Of a stretch of DNA of 64,000 nt, positions 44,938 to 55,566 are shown in pieces (the stretch's first letter is position 1; each line of letters starts with the position of its first letter). Made by a program: the position numbers and the translations under genes. The DNA is from an uncultured Alphaproteobacteria bacterium (GTDB lineage Bacteria > Pseudomonadota > Alphaproteobacteria > HIMB59 > GCA-002718135): assembly GCA_902524385.1 (NCBI GenBank), contig CABZCZ010000007.1, positions 6,091-70,090 of the forward strand, read 5' to 3'. Below the pieces are notes generated by a model. That model made no database searches, was not told the DNA's origin, and saw nothing but the letters and a program-made list of their open reading frames with translations.

Positions 44938-45435
44938 ATGACGGAGAAAATTTGGTTTAAAAAAAAATCACCCCTTCACGGCTCTGGATTATTTGCAAAA
45001 ACTAATATTAAAAAAGGTCAGAAAGTAATCCAATATATTGGTGATAAAGTTACTAAAAGAGAGGGTGACAAAAGAGCAGATAAACAAATCCGTAAAGCAA
45101 AAAAAGATAAAAATAACGGCATGGTCTATGTTTTTGAACTAAACAAGCGATACGACATAGACGGTGATGTCGATTATAATTTTGCAAAATTTATTAACCA
45201 CTCATGTAATCCTAATTGTGAAGTAGACATCATAGATAATGAAATTTGGATTTCTTCCATTAAACAAATAAAAAAAGGTGCCGAACTTTTTTATAATTAT
45301 GGTTATCCTTTTGATACAGATTTTGTGGATCACATTTGTAAGTGTGGTTCTAGAAATTGTGTGGGTTATATTTTAAGCGATAATGATTGGCCTAAATTAA
45401 AAAAAGAACTCAAAAAGAATAGAGGTAAGCTTTAA
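44938..45435 (+). CDS. SET-domain protein (putative lysine methyltransferase) with a post-SET Cys cluster
   Basis: Has GSGLFA, NHSCNPNC, ELFYNYGY and CKCGSRNCVGY. Confidence 0.85.
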   Translation: MTEKIWFKKKSPLHGSGLFAKTNIKKGQKVIQYIGDKVTKREGDKRADKQIRKAKKDKNNGMVYVFELNKRYDIDGDVDYNFAKFINHSCNPNCEVDIIDNEIWISSIKQIKKGAELFYNYGYPFDTDFVDHICKCGSRNCVGYILSDNDWPKLKKELKKNRGKL

Positions 45436-46391
45436 AAACCGTTTGGTATCAAAACATAATGAATTGATAAAACAATTCCAACAGATACTGTTAATCCAAA
45501 AATCATTTTAAGAAAATCTTTTCCAATTAATGGAAAGACATAGCGAAGTTTGTAATCTTTGTTCATTGTAGAAATCGCAAGTTCTCTTCCACATAATAAA
45601 CCAACAAAGACCCATGTAGTTGACATTGGAATATCATTGTATTGCTTAAAGTAGAGTAGAATGACTGCATAAACAAAATCAATTATAGTTGCTGAACGAG
45701 TATAACGTGTTCCAGTTTTTGAATAGACAACTCGTTGAATGCGTCCACCTCTATCCCAAAAGATATAAAATAAGAGAACACTTAATAAAACAATTATTGC
45801 TATTAATAAATTTACTGGAAGTTCACGAGGAAGAAAAACAGCTATATTCGCAATATCATGACTTAACCAAGTGTACCAAAGAAAACCAGTTGTACACCAT
45901 TGAGCTATTACCCATGGTTTTCTGTGTTTATCTTGAACTTTATCAAATTTTTCATTTATAAAATAACTTACACCAATCCAAACCATATACGCTATCATTG
46001 CTGCCAATCCGTATCCAATTACAGATTTCATCAGAACTTTTTCTAATACGACTGTTGATGCAAAAGCAGACAAAACTAAGAAAGTAGTAGATACTGGAAT
46101 TCCACCTCTTGTAAGAAGTACTAAAATTAATGGAGCACAAGCATGATACCACTGAATAGTTTGATATGGAATTTTATTTAAACGTCCAAAAGTAATATCA
46201 CCATCGTTAATGGTCCATCCATATATAAGTGTAAATGCTAGTACAGCAGAGCCAGCAGTAGCTAACCAGTACCATTTAAAGCGTTGGTTTGAAGCTATAA
46301 ATGTTCCAAGAGTTTGAACAGAGTCGTTTGCGATAACAGAATATGCTGCAAGTCCAAAACCTATAACTGTATAGATTAAAGTTAATTCCAT
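45432..46391 (-). CDS. Divergent PiT/PHO4-superfamily-like permease
   Basis: Shows two-fold internal repeat signatures: ANDSVQTLGTF...GIPVSTTFLV and SHDIANIAVFL...IPMSTTWVFVG. These parallel the PiT GANDxAN...IPxSTT motifs. It is 319 aa. Confidence 0.5.
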   Translation of the reverse strand: MELTLIYTVIGFGLAAYSVIANDSVQTLGTFIASNQRFKWYWLATAGSAVLAFTLIYGWTINDGDITFGRLNKIPYQTIQWYHACAPLILVLLTRGGIPVSTTFLVLSAFASTVVLEKVLMKSVIGYGLAAMIAYMVWIGVSYFINEKFDKVQDKHRKPWVIAQWCTTGFLWYTWLSHDIANIAVFLPRELPVNLLIAIIVLLSVLLFYIFWDRGGRIQRVVYSKTGTRYTRSATIIDFVYAVILLYFKQYNDIPMSTTWVFVGLLCGRELAISTMNKDYKLRYVFPLIGKDFLKMIFGLTVSVGIVLSIHYVLIPNGF

Positions 46392-46575
46392 TTTAAAAAC
46401 CTTATATTTTTTTCAATTAGATTCGAAAGATAATTATTTTTTATGATAAAAAAATAATACTTCTGTAAGAAATATGTAAAATAAGAACCGTAAGTTCTGC
46501 AGGTTATAGCTTTGGGCATAATTAAGCCCTAAAATTCACTTATACAAATCACTATTCAAACTATAAAACTATCAT

Positions 46576-48123
46576 ATGAAGAGTCTTTTTAGATCATTCT
46601 TTACTGTCAGCTTTTATACATTTTTAAGTCGAGTATTAGGTTTTATTCGTGACATATTAATAGCAAGATATCTTGGATCGACAGTCATTGCTGATGCATT
46701 CTTCGTAGCATTTCGTATTCCTAATTTCTTTCGCCGTGTCCTAGCAGAAGGAGCATACAGTGCTGCATTAATCCCTGTTTTCTCTGGTGTTGTTCTCAAT
46801 CCAAAAGATGAACGCGAGGCTTCTGATTTTGTTGAAAACACAACCTCCATGTTACTATTTGCTACGGTCGTTTTAACGATCCTTTTTTTCTTTGGGATGC
46901 CTTATATCATTCAAGTTTTAGCACCAGGTTTTACCGATAATAAAGAGGCCTATGAACTTGCTGTGCATTTTGGAAAAATAATTTTCCCCTATATTATTTT
47001 TATTTCCTTAGCTGCTCACTTTGCTTCAATAAATAATGTTCATGAACGTTTCGCTGCTGGTGCATTTGCTCCTGCGATTTTGAATATAAGTTTTATTCTT
47101 TCATTATTTTTTTTAACACCTTTTGTAACAACTGCAGGTCACGCATTATCGTATGGTGTATTAATAGGAGGAGTTTTACAATTTCTATATTTATACAGAG
47201 CTGTTTTAAATTTCTACCGACCGCGTATTCGCATCCCAGTTTTAAATGAAAAATTAAAAAAGTTTTTCAAATTATTTTTACCTGGCGTTGTTGGTTCAGG
47301 TGTTATTCAGTTAAACATTGTTATTGGCACTATCATCGCCTCTTTTTTACCCGTTGGTGCAATCAGTCATATTTATTACGCAGATCGTCTTAACCAACTA
47401 CCACTTGCTATATTTGGGATAGCACTTGGCATTGTTCTTTTACCAAGTTTATCAAAAGCCATTAAACAATCAGATTTAGACACAACAAATAATATTCAAA
47501 ATAGATCTATTGAATTTTCTTTATTAATTTCTTTACCATCAGCTATAGGATTATTTATTTTGGCCGAACCCATTATCCATATTTTATTTGAACGAGGTGC
47601 ATTTGTAAAAGAAGATACTTTTTATACTGCTAAAGTTCTCAGTTACTTTGCCTTAGGTCTACCTGCTTACATTATAATTAAAGTTTTAGTTTCTTGTTTC
47701 TTTGCAAGAGAGGATACAAGAACACCTCTTTATATCTCAATTGTAAGCGTGATTAGTAATATTGTTTTATCTCTTCTTTTAATTGGATCAATGAGAGAAA
47801 TGGGGATTGCACTTGCCACAGCTATTAGCGCATGGATAAATGCTTTGTTACTCTATGTCTTTTTATTTATGAGAAACCTTATCCAATTTGATGATATTTT
47901 AGTTAAGAATTCATTCAAAATATTTATCAATTCCACCATATTATTTGTAGCAATATATGTATTAAACGGAGCCCTCTTTAATAATATTATTGAGAATTCA
48001 GTATTGTTAAACTCAGCCCTTTTACTTCTAACGATCTTTTTAGCTATAATTATATATTTTGCCTTAGTAATTGTGTTAAAAGTCTTAACCATTAATCAGT
48101 TAAGAGAATATTTAAAAAAATAA
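46576..48123 (+). CDS. murJ: Lipid II flippase MurJ (MviN)
   Basis: It is 515 aa with 14 TM segments. The N-terminal block is [18 protein letters not shown]...[16 protein letters not shown]. Confidence 0.92.
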   Translation: MKSLFRSFFTVSFYTFLSRVLGFIRDILIARYLGSTVIADAFFVAFRIPNFFRRVLAEGAYSAALIPVFSGVVLNPKDEREASDFVENTTSMLLFATVVLTILFFFGMPYIIQVLAPGFTDNKEAYELAVHFGKIIFPYIIFISLAAHFASINNVHERFAAGAFAPAILNISFILSLFFLTPFVTTAGHALSYGVLIGGVLQFLYLYRAVLNFYRPRIRIPVLNEKLKKFFKLFLPGVVGSGVIQLNIVIGTIIASFLPVGAISHIYYADRLNQLPLAIFGIALGIVLLPSLSKAIKQSDLDTTNNIQNRSIEFSLLISLPSAIGLFILAEPIIHILFERGAFVKEDTFYTAKVLSYFALGLPAYIIIKVLVSCFFAREDTRTPLYISIVSVISNIVLSLLLIGSMREMGIALATAISAWINALLLYVFLFMRNLIQFDDILVKNSFKIFINSTILFVAIYVLNGALFNNIIENSVLLNSALLLLTIFLAIIIYFALVIVLKVLTINQLREYLKK

Positions 48124-48124
48124 A

Positions 48125-49132
48125 ATGGATAAGCCAAATAAAAGAATTTTATCAGGAGTACAGCCTTCAGGTGATCTTCATTTAGGAAATTATCTTGGTG
48201 CGATAAAAAATTTTGTTACGCTTCAAAAAGAATATGAATGTTTTTTTTGTGTTGTTGATTTACATGCAATCACAGTATGGCAAGATCCTAAAGTATTGGC
48301 AGATAAAACTAGAGAAGTAACAGCTGCCTTTATTGCCTCTGGCATTGATCCAAAGAAAAATAATATTTTTGTTCAATCACAAGTTCCTCAACATGCACAA
48401 CTGGGTTGGTTGTTTAATTGTGTTGCTAGAATGGGATGGTTAAACCGAATGACACAATTTAAAGATAAGGCGGGAAAGAATAGTGAAAATGTATCAGTTG
48501 GTCTTTTTTCCTATCCAACTTTAATGGCCGCAGATATTTTGATTTATTTAGCTACTCACGTACCAGTTGGTGATGATCAAAAACAACATTTGGAACTAAC
48601 TAGAGATATTGCACAAAAGTTCAATAATGATTTTAAGATAGATTTATTTCCTATTCCTGAACCTTTAATTTTTGGTGAAGCAACAAGAGTAATGAGCCTT
48701 CGTGATGGGTCAAAAAAAATGAGTAAGTCTGATCCATCTGATTATTCGAGAATAATGTTAACTGATACAGCAGAAAATATTGTTCAAAAAATTAGAAAAG
48801 CAAAAACAGATCCAGAACCACTACCTGAAAATAAAACTGACTTACAAAAAAGACCTGAGGCTGAAAACTTAATTTCAATCTTTGCATCTTTAAAAGACAC
48901 ATCAGTTGACAATGTAATTAATGAATATTCTGGAAAAGAATTCTCTATTTTTAAGAAGGATTTAGCTGATTTATCTGTCTCAAAATTGGAGCCAATTACA
49001 AGTGAAATGAATAAACTTATGAATGATATTTCGTATATCGATTCTATTCTAAATGCCGGAAAAGATAATGCAACTTCAGTTGCAGAACCTGTTTTACAAA
49101 AAACGAAAGAAATTATTGGTTTTTTGACATAA
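48125..49132 (+). CDS. trpS: Tryptophan--tRNA ligase
   Basis: Has [15 protein letters not shown] (HIGH region) and KMSKS. Confidence 0.95.
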   Translation: MDKPNKRILSGVQPSGDLHLGNYLGAIKNFVTLQKEYECFFCVVDLHAITVWQDPKVLADKTREVTAAFIASGIDPKKNNIFVQSQVPQHAQLGWLFNCVARMGWLNRMTQFKDKAGKNSENVSVGLFSYPTLMAADILIYLATHVPVGDDQKQHLELTRDIAQKFNNDFKIDLFPIPEPLIFGEATRVMSLRDGSKKMSKSDPSDYSRIMLTDTAENIVQKIRKAKTDPEPLPENKTDLQKRPEAENLISIFASLKDTSVDNVINEYSGKEFSIFKKDLADLSVSKLEPITSEMNKLMNDISYIDSILNAGKDNATSVAEPVLQKTKEIIGFLT

Positions 49133-49205
49133 AAACTCCCCAAATTTAATATTTTTTTTTATAAAATTCATACTAAAGACATATTAATGACTATATATAC
49201 AGCAT

Positions 49206-49769
49206 ATGTTTATACAAACTGAACAAACACCAAATCCACAAACTTTAAAGTTCCTTCCTGGTAAAGTTGTGATGGAAGAAGGAACTGCTTTTTTTCAAAA
49301 TGTTGAAGAAGGATCTAATTCTCCTTTTGCAAAACGTTTATTTGAATTAGAGGGTGTGGAAGGTGTATTTTTTGGAAGTGATTTTATTACAATAACAAAA
49401 AGTCAATCTTTAGACTGGCAAGTTATGAAACCGTTAGTCCTAGGATCTATTATGGACCACTATAATTCTGGCGATGTAACAATCAACACTCAAAAAAAGA
49501 ATGACGACACTTCTTTAAAGATTGATGAAAATGATACAGATATTGTTAAACAGATTAAAGAACTACTTGATACAAGGGTCAGACCAGCTGTAGCAATGGA
49601 TGGTGGTGATATTGTTTACGACAGTTTTAAGGATGGAGTTGTGTATCTACATATGCAAGGTGCATGCTCTGGTTGCCCAAGCTCTACCGCTACACTTAAA
49701 ATGGGAATAGAAAATATGCTCAAGCATTATGTTCCTGAGGTCCAAGAAGTTAGACCAATTGATGCATAA
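49206..49769 (+). CDS. NifU/Nfu-type Fe-S cluster scaffold (Nfu_N plus NifU C-terminal domain)
   Basis: Has TPNPQTLKF at the N-terminus and ACSGCPSS (CxxC) in the C-terminal domain. Confidence 0.85.
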   Translation: MFIQTEQTPNPQTLKFLPGKVVMEEGTAFFQNVEEGSNSPFAKRLFELEGVEGVFFGSDFITITKSQSLDWQVMKPLVLGSIMDHYNSGDVTINTQKKNDDTSLKIDENDTDIVKQIKELLDTRVRPAVAMDGGDIVYDSFKDGVVYLHMQGACSGCPSSTATLKMGIENMLKHYVPEVQEVRPIDA

Positions 49770-50751
49770 ACTTTTTTTATATCCAGTTCTCATCTTTGGG
49801 CTTGCAGGTGCAATTCCAACTATTGCCTTTGAAGAAAAACCATCAACACTAGAAGTTAAATACAAATTAAATGCAGAATTGGATGAGCTTGTTTTAAACC
49901 ATTGTAAGACTTATGACGCATATACAATTAACAAACTCTATTCAGAAAAAGATATTCTAAAAAACGATATTTTAAATAAATTAAAGAAAAAAAAATTTTT
50001 AGTTAATATTAAAAGTAAACCATTAAATCCAAAGTCATATTCTGGTATTGAAAATAATGTACAAGTTAATTTAGTTACAAATTTATCTGAGGTAGACTTT
50101 CAGCATTTAAGTGAACAAAAACAACAATTCGTTAAAACAGTTCTACCATTAATAATAAGTGAAAACCAAAAAATCTTATCAAACAGAAATAATCTAATTG
50201 TTTTACGTTCGAAGCTTACTGAAAATAATTCATTAAATAGTTTTGAGCTAAACAAATTAAGAAAACTATCAAAAAAATATAAAATACAATTTGATAATGA
50301 GCACAAAATGGAAATTATTGATAAACTTCTCTTAAGGGTTGAAATGATTCCAAACTCTATTGTTTTAGCTCAAGCTGCAATTGAAAGTGGTTGGGGTTCA
50401 TCTAGATTTGCTCAGGAATATAATGCATTATTTGGTGAATATACTTATGATAATACTAAAGGTGTTATTCCACTCGAAAGAGAGAATGGTGAAAGGCATC
50501 TAATCAAAGCTTTCAATTCTTATAACAACAGTGTTGAGTCATATTTTAATAATATTAATTCTCATTATGCCTATGAAGATTTCAGAGATATTAGAAATAT
50601 TATGAGAACAAGAAATAACTTTTCAAATGTTAATTTACTAGTTGATAGATTAAGTACTTACGCAGAAGATGAGAATTATATTAAAACTATAAAACAGGTT
50701 ATTAAAAGTAATAATTTTATTGTTTTTGATCAAAAAACTATTTCTTATTAA
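49762..50751 (+). CDS. Glucosaminidase-domain (Bax/FlgJ-like) protein with a signal peptide
   Basis: Has AQAAIESGWGSSRFA followed by NALFG. I prefer the ATG at 49762, which gives the signal peptide MHKLFLYPVLIFGLAGA. The track start is 49729. Confidence 0.75.
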   Translation: MHKLFLYPVLIFGLAGAIPTIAFEEKPSTLEVKYKLNAELDELVLNHCKTYDAYTINKLYSEKDILKNDILNKLKKKKFLVNIKSKPLNPKSYSGIENNVQVNLVTNLSEVDFQHLSEQKQQFVKTVLPLIISENQKILSNRNNLIVLRSKLTENNSLNSFELNKLRKLSKKYKIQFDNEHKMEIIDKLLLRVEMIPNSIVLAQAAIESGWGSSRFAQEYNALFGEYTYDNTKGVIPLERENGERHLIKAFNSYNNSVESYFNNINSHYAYEDFRDIRNIMRTRNNFSNVNLLVDRLSTYAEDENYIKTIKQVIKSNNFIVFDQKTISY

Positions 50752-51780
50752 TTAAAAATAGAATTGGTGCCCAAACCATCTCCAATTTCCGTCCCTATCT
50801 TTAACAGTACAATTCATTCTTGATCTTCCTTGTGATAATTCTCTTGCAAGTCTAATTTCAATCCTTTCATTAAATTTATAAATTTCTCTTTCAACTTGAC
50901 CTTTACTATCAAATACAAAACAATCTAAAGATTGCGCTTTCTTATCATCAAGAAGAGAAAAACCTATGAATGGTGGGTTTTGTTTAATTGTTGGATTTTT
51001 AGGTATAAAATCATAAACTCCTAAACCTTTAGATGAAGCAGCAAATTTAACTCTGTCTATTTCACCATATCTTTCATTTAAAGAAAATCTTGGCAGATAA
51101 TACATGTTAGATGTTTCATTAATTATTCCGGAATGCTGTCCAAAAGCAACTTTAAATTTAAATTCTTTTACTAATTCAATTATTTCATCTGTTGTTTCCC
51201 CATAAGGAAATGCAAATAAAGTTGGTATTTCTCCAAGTTCTTTAAGAAAAATTTTATTAGATGTTTCTATTTCATTTCTTACTTCCTCTATACTAATATC
51301 AGGCATATGGGCATGTGTATGTGAGTGAGCACCAATTATGACACCTTCTTCTTTAAGCTTTCTTATTTGATCCCAATTAATATATTTTTGATTATTTGAA
51401 ATTGTTCCTGTTGTTACAAATAAGGTTACGGGAATATTATTTTTTTTAAATAAAGGCCATCCAACTTCTAGAAAAGACTTATCAGCATCATCGACACTTA
51501 TACCAATAGTATTTTCTGGAAGATCTCCATCATTAATTATCGTATCAATAATAAAATTTAATGATTTAATTGTATATTTTTCTTTAGTTAGTTCTTCAAT
51601 ATGACTATTAAGTTGATCAATAGTAACACTTGTTGAAGGATATTTAGAAACTCCAAATTTATGATACATAAATACAGTTGCTGAATTTTTTACTTCATTA
51701 GCAAAAGTTGCACCTATTAATAAAAAAGTTAAAGAAATACTTTTTAAAAATAGTAATAGAATGTAGTTATATAATTTCAT
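50752..51780 (-). CDS. Polysaccharide deacetylase (CE4, PgaB-like) family protein
   Basis: Has a signal peptide, plus MYHKF, SVDDADKS and HSHTHAHM NodB-type motifs. Confidence 0.8.
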   Translation of the reverse strand: MKLYNYILLLFLKSISLTFLLIGATFANEVKNSATVFMYHKFGVSKYPSTSVTIDQLNSHIEELTKEKYTIKSLNFIIDTIINDGDLPENTIGISVDDADKSFLEVGWPLFKKNNIPVTLFVTTGTISNNQKYINWDQIRKLKEEGVIIGAHSHTHAHMPDISIEEVRNEIETSNKIFLKELGEIPTLFAFPYGETTDEIIELVKEFKFKVAFGQHSGIINETSNMYYLPRFSLNERYGEIDRVKFAASSKGLGVYDFIPKNPTIKQNPPFIGFSLLDDKKAQSLDCFVFDSKGQVEREIYKFNERIEIRLARELSQGRSRMNCTVKDRDGNWRWFGHQFYF

Positions 51781-52392
51781 ATGTTATTATTTTTAGATAT
51801 TATATCACCAATACCAGAGTTTTGTGTAATTGATGATAACAAAGTAATACTACAGGAGAAAATTATTCAAAATGAAACGGATAGGCTGAGTGATAATATA
51901 ATACAATCTTATATAGAAATAGATAAACGTTTAAATTTAACACAAAATCTTAAAAAAATTTCTACGACAATTGGACCTGGATCATATACAAGTTTAAGAG
52001 TTGGTTCAGCATTTATATCAGGCCTCATGATATCTCGTAAAATCCCTTATCATCCACTATCAATTGAGGACATTTTAAATTTTAATTCAAAAATATCGTC
52101 TAAAAAAAATTTAGGAGTTTTTATAACATCATCTAATAATCAGCAATTTTTATGTTATAAAAATAAAGATAAAGTAATAGAATACAATAAAATCGAAAAT
52201 AACAAATGCTCAATTCCAAAACATATCGAGTTAATTCTTTTTAATAAGACTGAAATTAATGAAAACAACAAACTAGAACAAATTCACTTTTCTTTTTTTG
52301 AAGAATTTTACAAAAATTATAATAATTTAACCTTTAAAAAAAATATTATAATTAAACCAATTTATATATCAAATAATCAATTGCTAAATTGA
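51781..52392 (+). CDS. tsaB: tRNA t6A37 threonylcarbamoyltransferase complex subunit TsaB
   Basis: Has GPGSYTSLRVG. It is 203 aa and followed by rimI, as is usual. Confidence 0.8.
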   Translation: MLLFLDIISPIPEFCVIDDNKVILQEKIIQNETDRLSDNIIQSYIEIDKRLNLTQNLKKISTTIGPGSYTSLRVGSAFISGLMISRKIPYHPLSIEDILNFNSKISSKKNLGVFITSSNNQQFLCYKNKDKVIEYNKIENNKCSIPKHIELILFNKTEINENNKLEQIHFSFFEEFYKNYNNLTFKKNIIIKPIYISNNQLLN

Positions 52393-52871
52393 ATAGTATT
52401 AGTCTAATAAATAAAGAGGAGCTATCTTCAATCATTAAGTTTATGAATGATAATAGTGATGAGTATAATTATTTTAAAAAGATAGGATGGAATCAAAAAA
52501 ATATTGAAAGTCAATTTAACAAAGTAAATAATTATTCTCTTGGATATTTTAAGGCTAATAATCTAGCAGGACTTTTAATTGGTGATGCAATTAAAAATGA
52601 TAAAGATTATGATCTAGAATTGCATATTTTATTTGTATTAAAAGAACAAAGAAGAAAACAAATTGCGACAAAATTATTAAATTATATTGAAACAAATGTA
52701 ATTAAATTTTCACAGATTTTCATTGAAGTTGCTGAAGATAATTTAGATGCAATAAGTTTTTATAAAAAAAACAACTTTGTTTTTTTAAATTTTAGACATA
52801 ATTATTATAGATATAATGATAGAAATGTTCATGCTAAATGTTTTATAAAAAAAATTAATCATGAGTCATAA
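52389..52871 (+). CDS. rimI: GNAT acetyltransferase, ribosomal-protein-alanine N-acetyltransferase-like
   Basis: GNAT motif A region (RRKQIATKLL). It sits after tsaB. It has a TTG start in the track. Confidence 0.7.
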   Translation: MNSISLINKEELSSIIKFMNDNSDEYNYFKKIGWNQKNIESQFNKVNNYSLGYFKANNLAGLLIGDAIKNDKDYDLELHILFVLKEQRRKQIATKLLNYIETNVIKFSQIFIEVAEDNLDAISFYKKNNFVFLNFRHNYYRYNDRNVHAKCFIKKINHES

Positions 52872-54162
52872 GTATATTTATATAAAATCATACGGTTGTC
52901 AGATGAATGTATACGACAGTAATCGTATTAAAGATTTATTTTCAAATAAAGGATATAAAATTACAGACGATGTTTCAAAGGCAGATTTAACTGTTTTGAA
53001 CACTTGTCATATTAGAGAAAAGGCAGTTGAGAAAGTTTACTCTGATATTGGTAGAGTTAAAAAAATTAAAGATAAAAAACAAAACATGAAATTAGTAGTT
53101 GCTGGTTGTGTAGCCCAAGCAGAGGGTCTCGAGATTAAAAAAAGATCACCCTCTGTTGATTATGTCGTAGGACCTCAGTCTTATCACAAACTTCCTGAAA
53201 TGATTGATAGCTCAGAAGAAGTAGAAAATAGTGAGTTCTTACAAAATGAAAAATTTAAAAACTTAATTTTTAATTCTTCAAATTTATCATCTGAATTTTT
53301 ATCTATTCAAGAAGGATGTGACAAATTCTGTTCTTTCTGTGTAGTGCCATACACTAGGGGGCCAGAATTTTCTAGACCAGTTAATGATATTGTAGCAGAG
53401 ACAAAAAAATATGTTTCAAACGGAATCAAAGAAATAATTTTATTAGGTCAAAATGTTAATGCCTATCATGGCATTGCTTCTGATGGAAAATCAAAAGATC
53501 TACCTTATTTGATCAACAAAATAGGAGAAATTGAAGAAATTAAGAGAATTAGATATATGACATCTCATCCTATAGATATGAAAGATTCTCTAATTAATGC
53601 TCATGCCGACAATACAAAACTAATGCCATTTCTTCATCTACCTATTCAATCTGGTTCAGATAAAATTTTAAAAAAAATGAATAGAAAACATACAGTTGAT
53701 GATTATTTAAAAATTGTAGATAAAATAAGAAATGTTCGTCCTGACATTGCTCTTTCATCAGATTTTATTGTTGGTTTTCCAGAAGAAACAGATAAAGATT
53801 TTGAAGATACAATGAAATTTATTGAAAAGGTTAATTTTGTTATTGCTTATTCATTTATTTATAGTCCGAGACCAGGAACACCTGCTCAAAATAAAGATAA
53901 TATTAATATATTAGATAAAAAAGCACGTTTAAGTGCATTGCAATCTTTGCTTACGCAACAACAAATAAATTTTAATAAGTCATTCGTTAATAAAGGCATG
54001 GAAGTATTATTTGAAAAAATTGGAAGACATAAAGATCAATTTATAGGTCGTACAATTTATAATCAAAGTACATTTATCAATTCCAAAAAAGATTTATTAA
54101 ATCAAATTATGAATGTTAAAATTATAAACTCAACTAACTTTGCTCTTGAATGTCAGATATAG
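52861..54162 (+). CDS. miaB: tRNA-2-methylthio-N6-dimethylallyladenosine synthase
   Basis: Has YGCQMN in the UPF0004 domain, the radical-SAM CDKFCSFCVVP motif and a TRAM C-terminus. Confidence 0.93.
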   Translation: MSHKYIYIKSYGCQMNVYDSNRIKDLFSNKGYKITDDVSKADLTVLNTCHIREKAVEKVYSDIGRVKKIKDKKQNMKLVVAGCVAQAEGLEIKKRSPSVDYVVGPQSYHKLPEMIDSSEEVENSEFLQNEKFKNLIFNSSNLSSEFLSIQEGCDKFCSFCVVPYTRGPEFSRPVNDIVAETKKYVSNGIKEIILLGQNVNAYHGIASDGKSKDLPYLINKIGEIEEIKRIRYMTSHPIDMKDSLINAHADNTKLMPFLHLPIQSGSDKILKKMNRKHTVDDYLKIVDKIRNVRPDIALSSDFIVGFPEETDKDFEDTMKFIEKVNFVIAYSFIYSPRPGTPAQNKDNINILDKKARLSALQSLLTQQQINFNKSFVNKGMEVLFEKIGRHKDQFIGRTIYNQSTFINSKKDLLNQIMNVKIINSTNFALECQI

Positions 54163-55109
54163 TAAATAATAACGAAAACCTCGAATTGGAATTAGATGAT
54201 AATACAATCCTAAGTAATTTATTTGGAATTAATGATAGAAACTTATCTCTTATAGAGCAGATTAATAAAGTTAAAATTCAATATCGTGGAAATAAAATTA
54301 AAATTTCAGGTAATAAAAAATCAATTCTTGAAACTAAGAAAACTATTCTTAATTTATTTAAAGAAGCACAAAATGGTGCTGAAATAGATGAGGATAGAAT
54401 AAGAGATAATAAAAGCTTAATATCTATGAATATTAAAACAGATAAACAAATGGATTTATTTATTCAAACTAAAAAAAGAAAAATTATACCAAGAACTGAA
54501 ATACAAAATAATTATCTTCAACTACTAAATACTAAAAATATTACATTTGCCATTGGTCCAGCTGGAACTGGAAAAACTTATTTGGCTGTTGCAAAAGCAG
54601 TTTCAGCCCTTCAAGAAGGAAAAGTAAATAAAATTATTCTATCAAGACCAGCAGTTGAAGCAGGAGAAAAATTAGGATTTCTACCAGGTGATTTAAAAGA
54701 AAAAGTAGATCCTTTTTTGAGACCTATTTATGATGCTTTATATTCAATGCTTCCCTATGAACAGGTAGAAAAAAAATTACTTAATAACACAATTGAAATA
54801 GCACCTATCGCATTTATGAGAGGAAGAACTCTTGAAGATTGTTTTATAATTTTAGATGAAGCTCAAAATACAACAAAAACTCAAATGAAAATGTTTCTAA
54901 CAAGATTAGGTAAAAATAGTCAAATGGTAGTTGTAGGGGATATTACACAGATTGATCTTGTAAGTGAAAAAGACTCAGGGCTAAAGGATGCATTAAAAAA
55001 ATTAAATAAAGTTAACGATATAGGTTTCATTGAGTTATCAGAAAAGGATGTTGTTCGACATGATTTAGTAAAAAAAATTATTAATGCGTATGAAAAATAT
55101 AAAAGTTGA
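54150..55109 (+). CDS. phoH: PhoH-family ATPase (YbeZ)
   Basis: Has Walker A GPAGTGKTYLA and ILDEAQN. Confidence 0.9.
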   Translation: MSDIVNNNENLELELDDNTILSNLFGINDRNLSLIEQINKVKIQYRGNKIKISGNKKSILETKKTILNLFKEAQNGAEIDEDRIRDNKSLISMNIKTDKQMDLFIQTKKRKIIPRTEIQNNYLQLLNTKNITFAIGPAGTGKTYLAVAKAVSALQEGKVNKIILSRPAVEAGEKLGFLPGDLKEKVDPFLRPIYDALYSMLPYEQVEKKLLNNTIEIAPIAFMRGRTLEDCFIILDEAQNTTKTQMKMFLTRLGKNSQMVVVGDITQIDLVSEKDSGLKDALKKLNKVNDIGFIELSEKDVVRHDLVKKIINAYEKYKS

Positions 55110-55566
55110 TTTTTTTTCAGAATCAAAAAAATGGCCAAGGCGTGTACCTTTAATAAAGATTATTACAAAAAAAACTATAAATAAAATGAGCAATTATTTT
55201 AGAAGTGGTCACGAATTTGAACTAAACATAATTTTAACAGATAAATCAAAAATGATAAAACTTAATAAAATCTATAAAAATAAACATTCAGACACAGATG
55301 TTCTTACTTTTATTTCAAAGAATTCAAATAAAAATCTTGGAAAAATTTTATATTGTGATATTTTTTTCTCTATTGATACCATTGAAAAATTTATACATAG
55401 GAATAAAGTTAGTATATATGATCATTTTAACCATTTACTGATCCACAGTTTATTGCATATTAATGGATATGATCATAAAAAAAATTTAGATTCTAAAAAA
55501 ATGAAAAAAGAAGAGATAAAAATTTTAGGATCGTTTGGAATCAATAATCCTTACATAGTTAAATGA
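55084..55566 (+). CDS. ybeY: rRNA maturation endoribonuclease YbeY
   Basis: Has the HSLLHINGYDH zinc motif. Confidence 0.9.
   Translation: MRMKNIKVDFFSESKKWPRRVPLIKIITKKTINKMSNYFRSGHEFELNIILTDKSKMIKLNKIYKNKHSDTDVLTFISKNSNKNLGKILYCDIFFSIDTIEKFIHRNKVSIYDHFNHLLIHSLLHINGYDHKKNLDSKKMKKEEIKILGSFGINNPYIVK

Noticed and set aside
46392-46575. 184-bp spacer before murJ containing an AT-only palindrome (ATTATTTTTT-atgat-AAAAAATAAT) and short GC hairpins, considered as an sRNA or repeat element
   Set aside because: The stems are either pure A-T or only 4-5 bp. There is no terminator-like tail, no repeat copies elsewhere in the window and no ORF. The evidence is insufficient.
48784-49143. 119-aa minus-strand ORF inside trpS
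   Set aside because: It is antisense to a well-conserved aminoacyl-tRNA synthetase and has no recognisable motifs.
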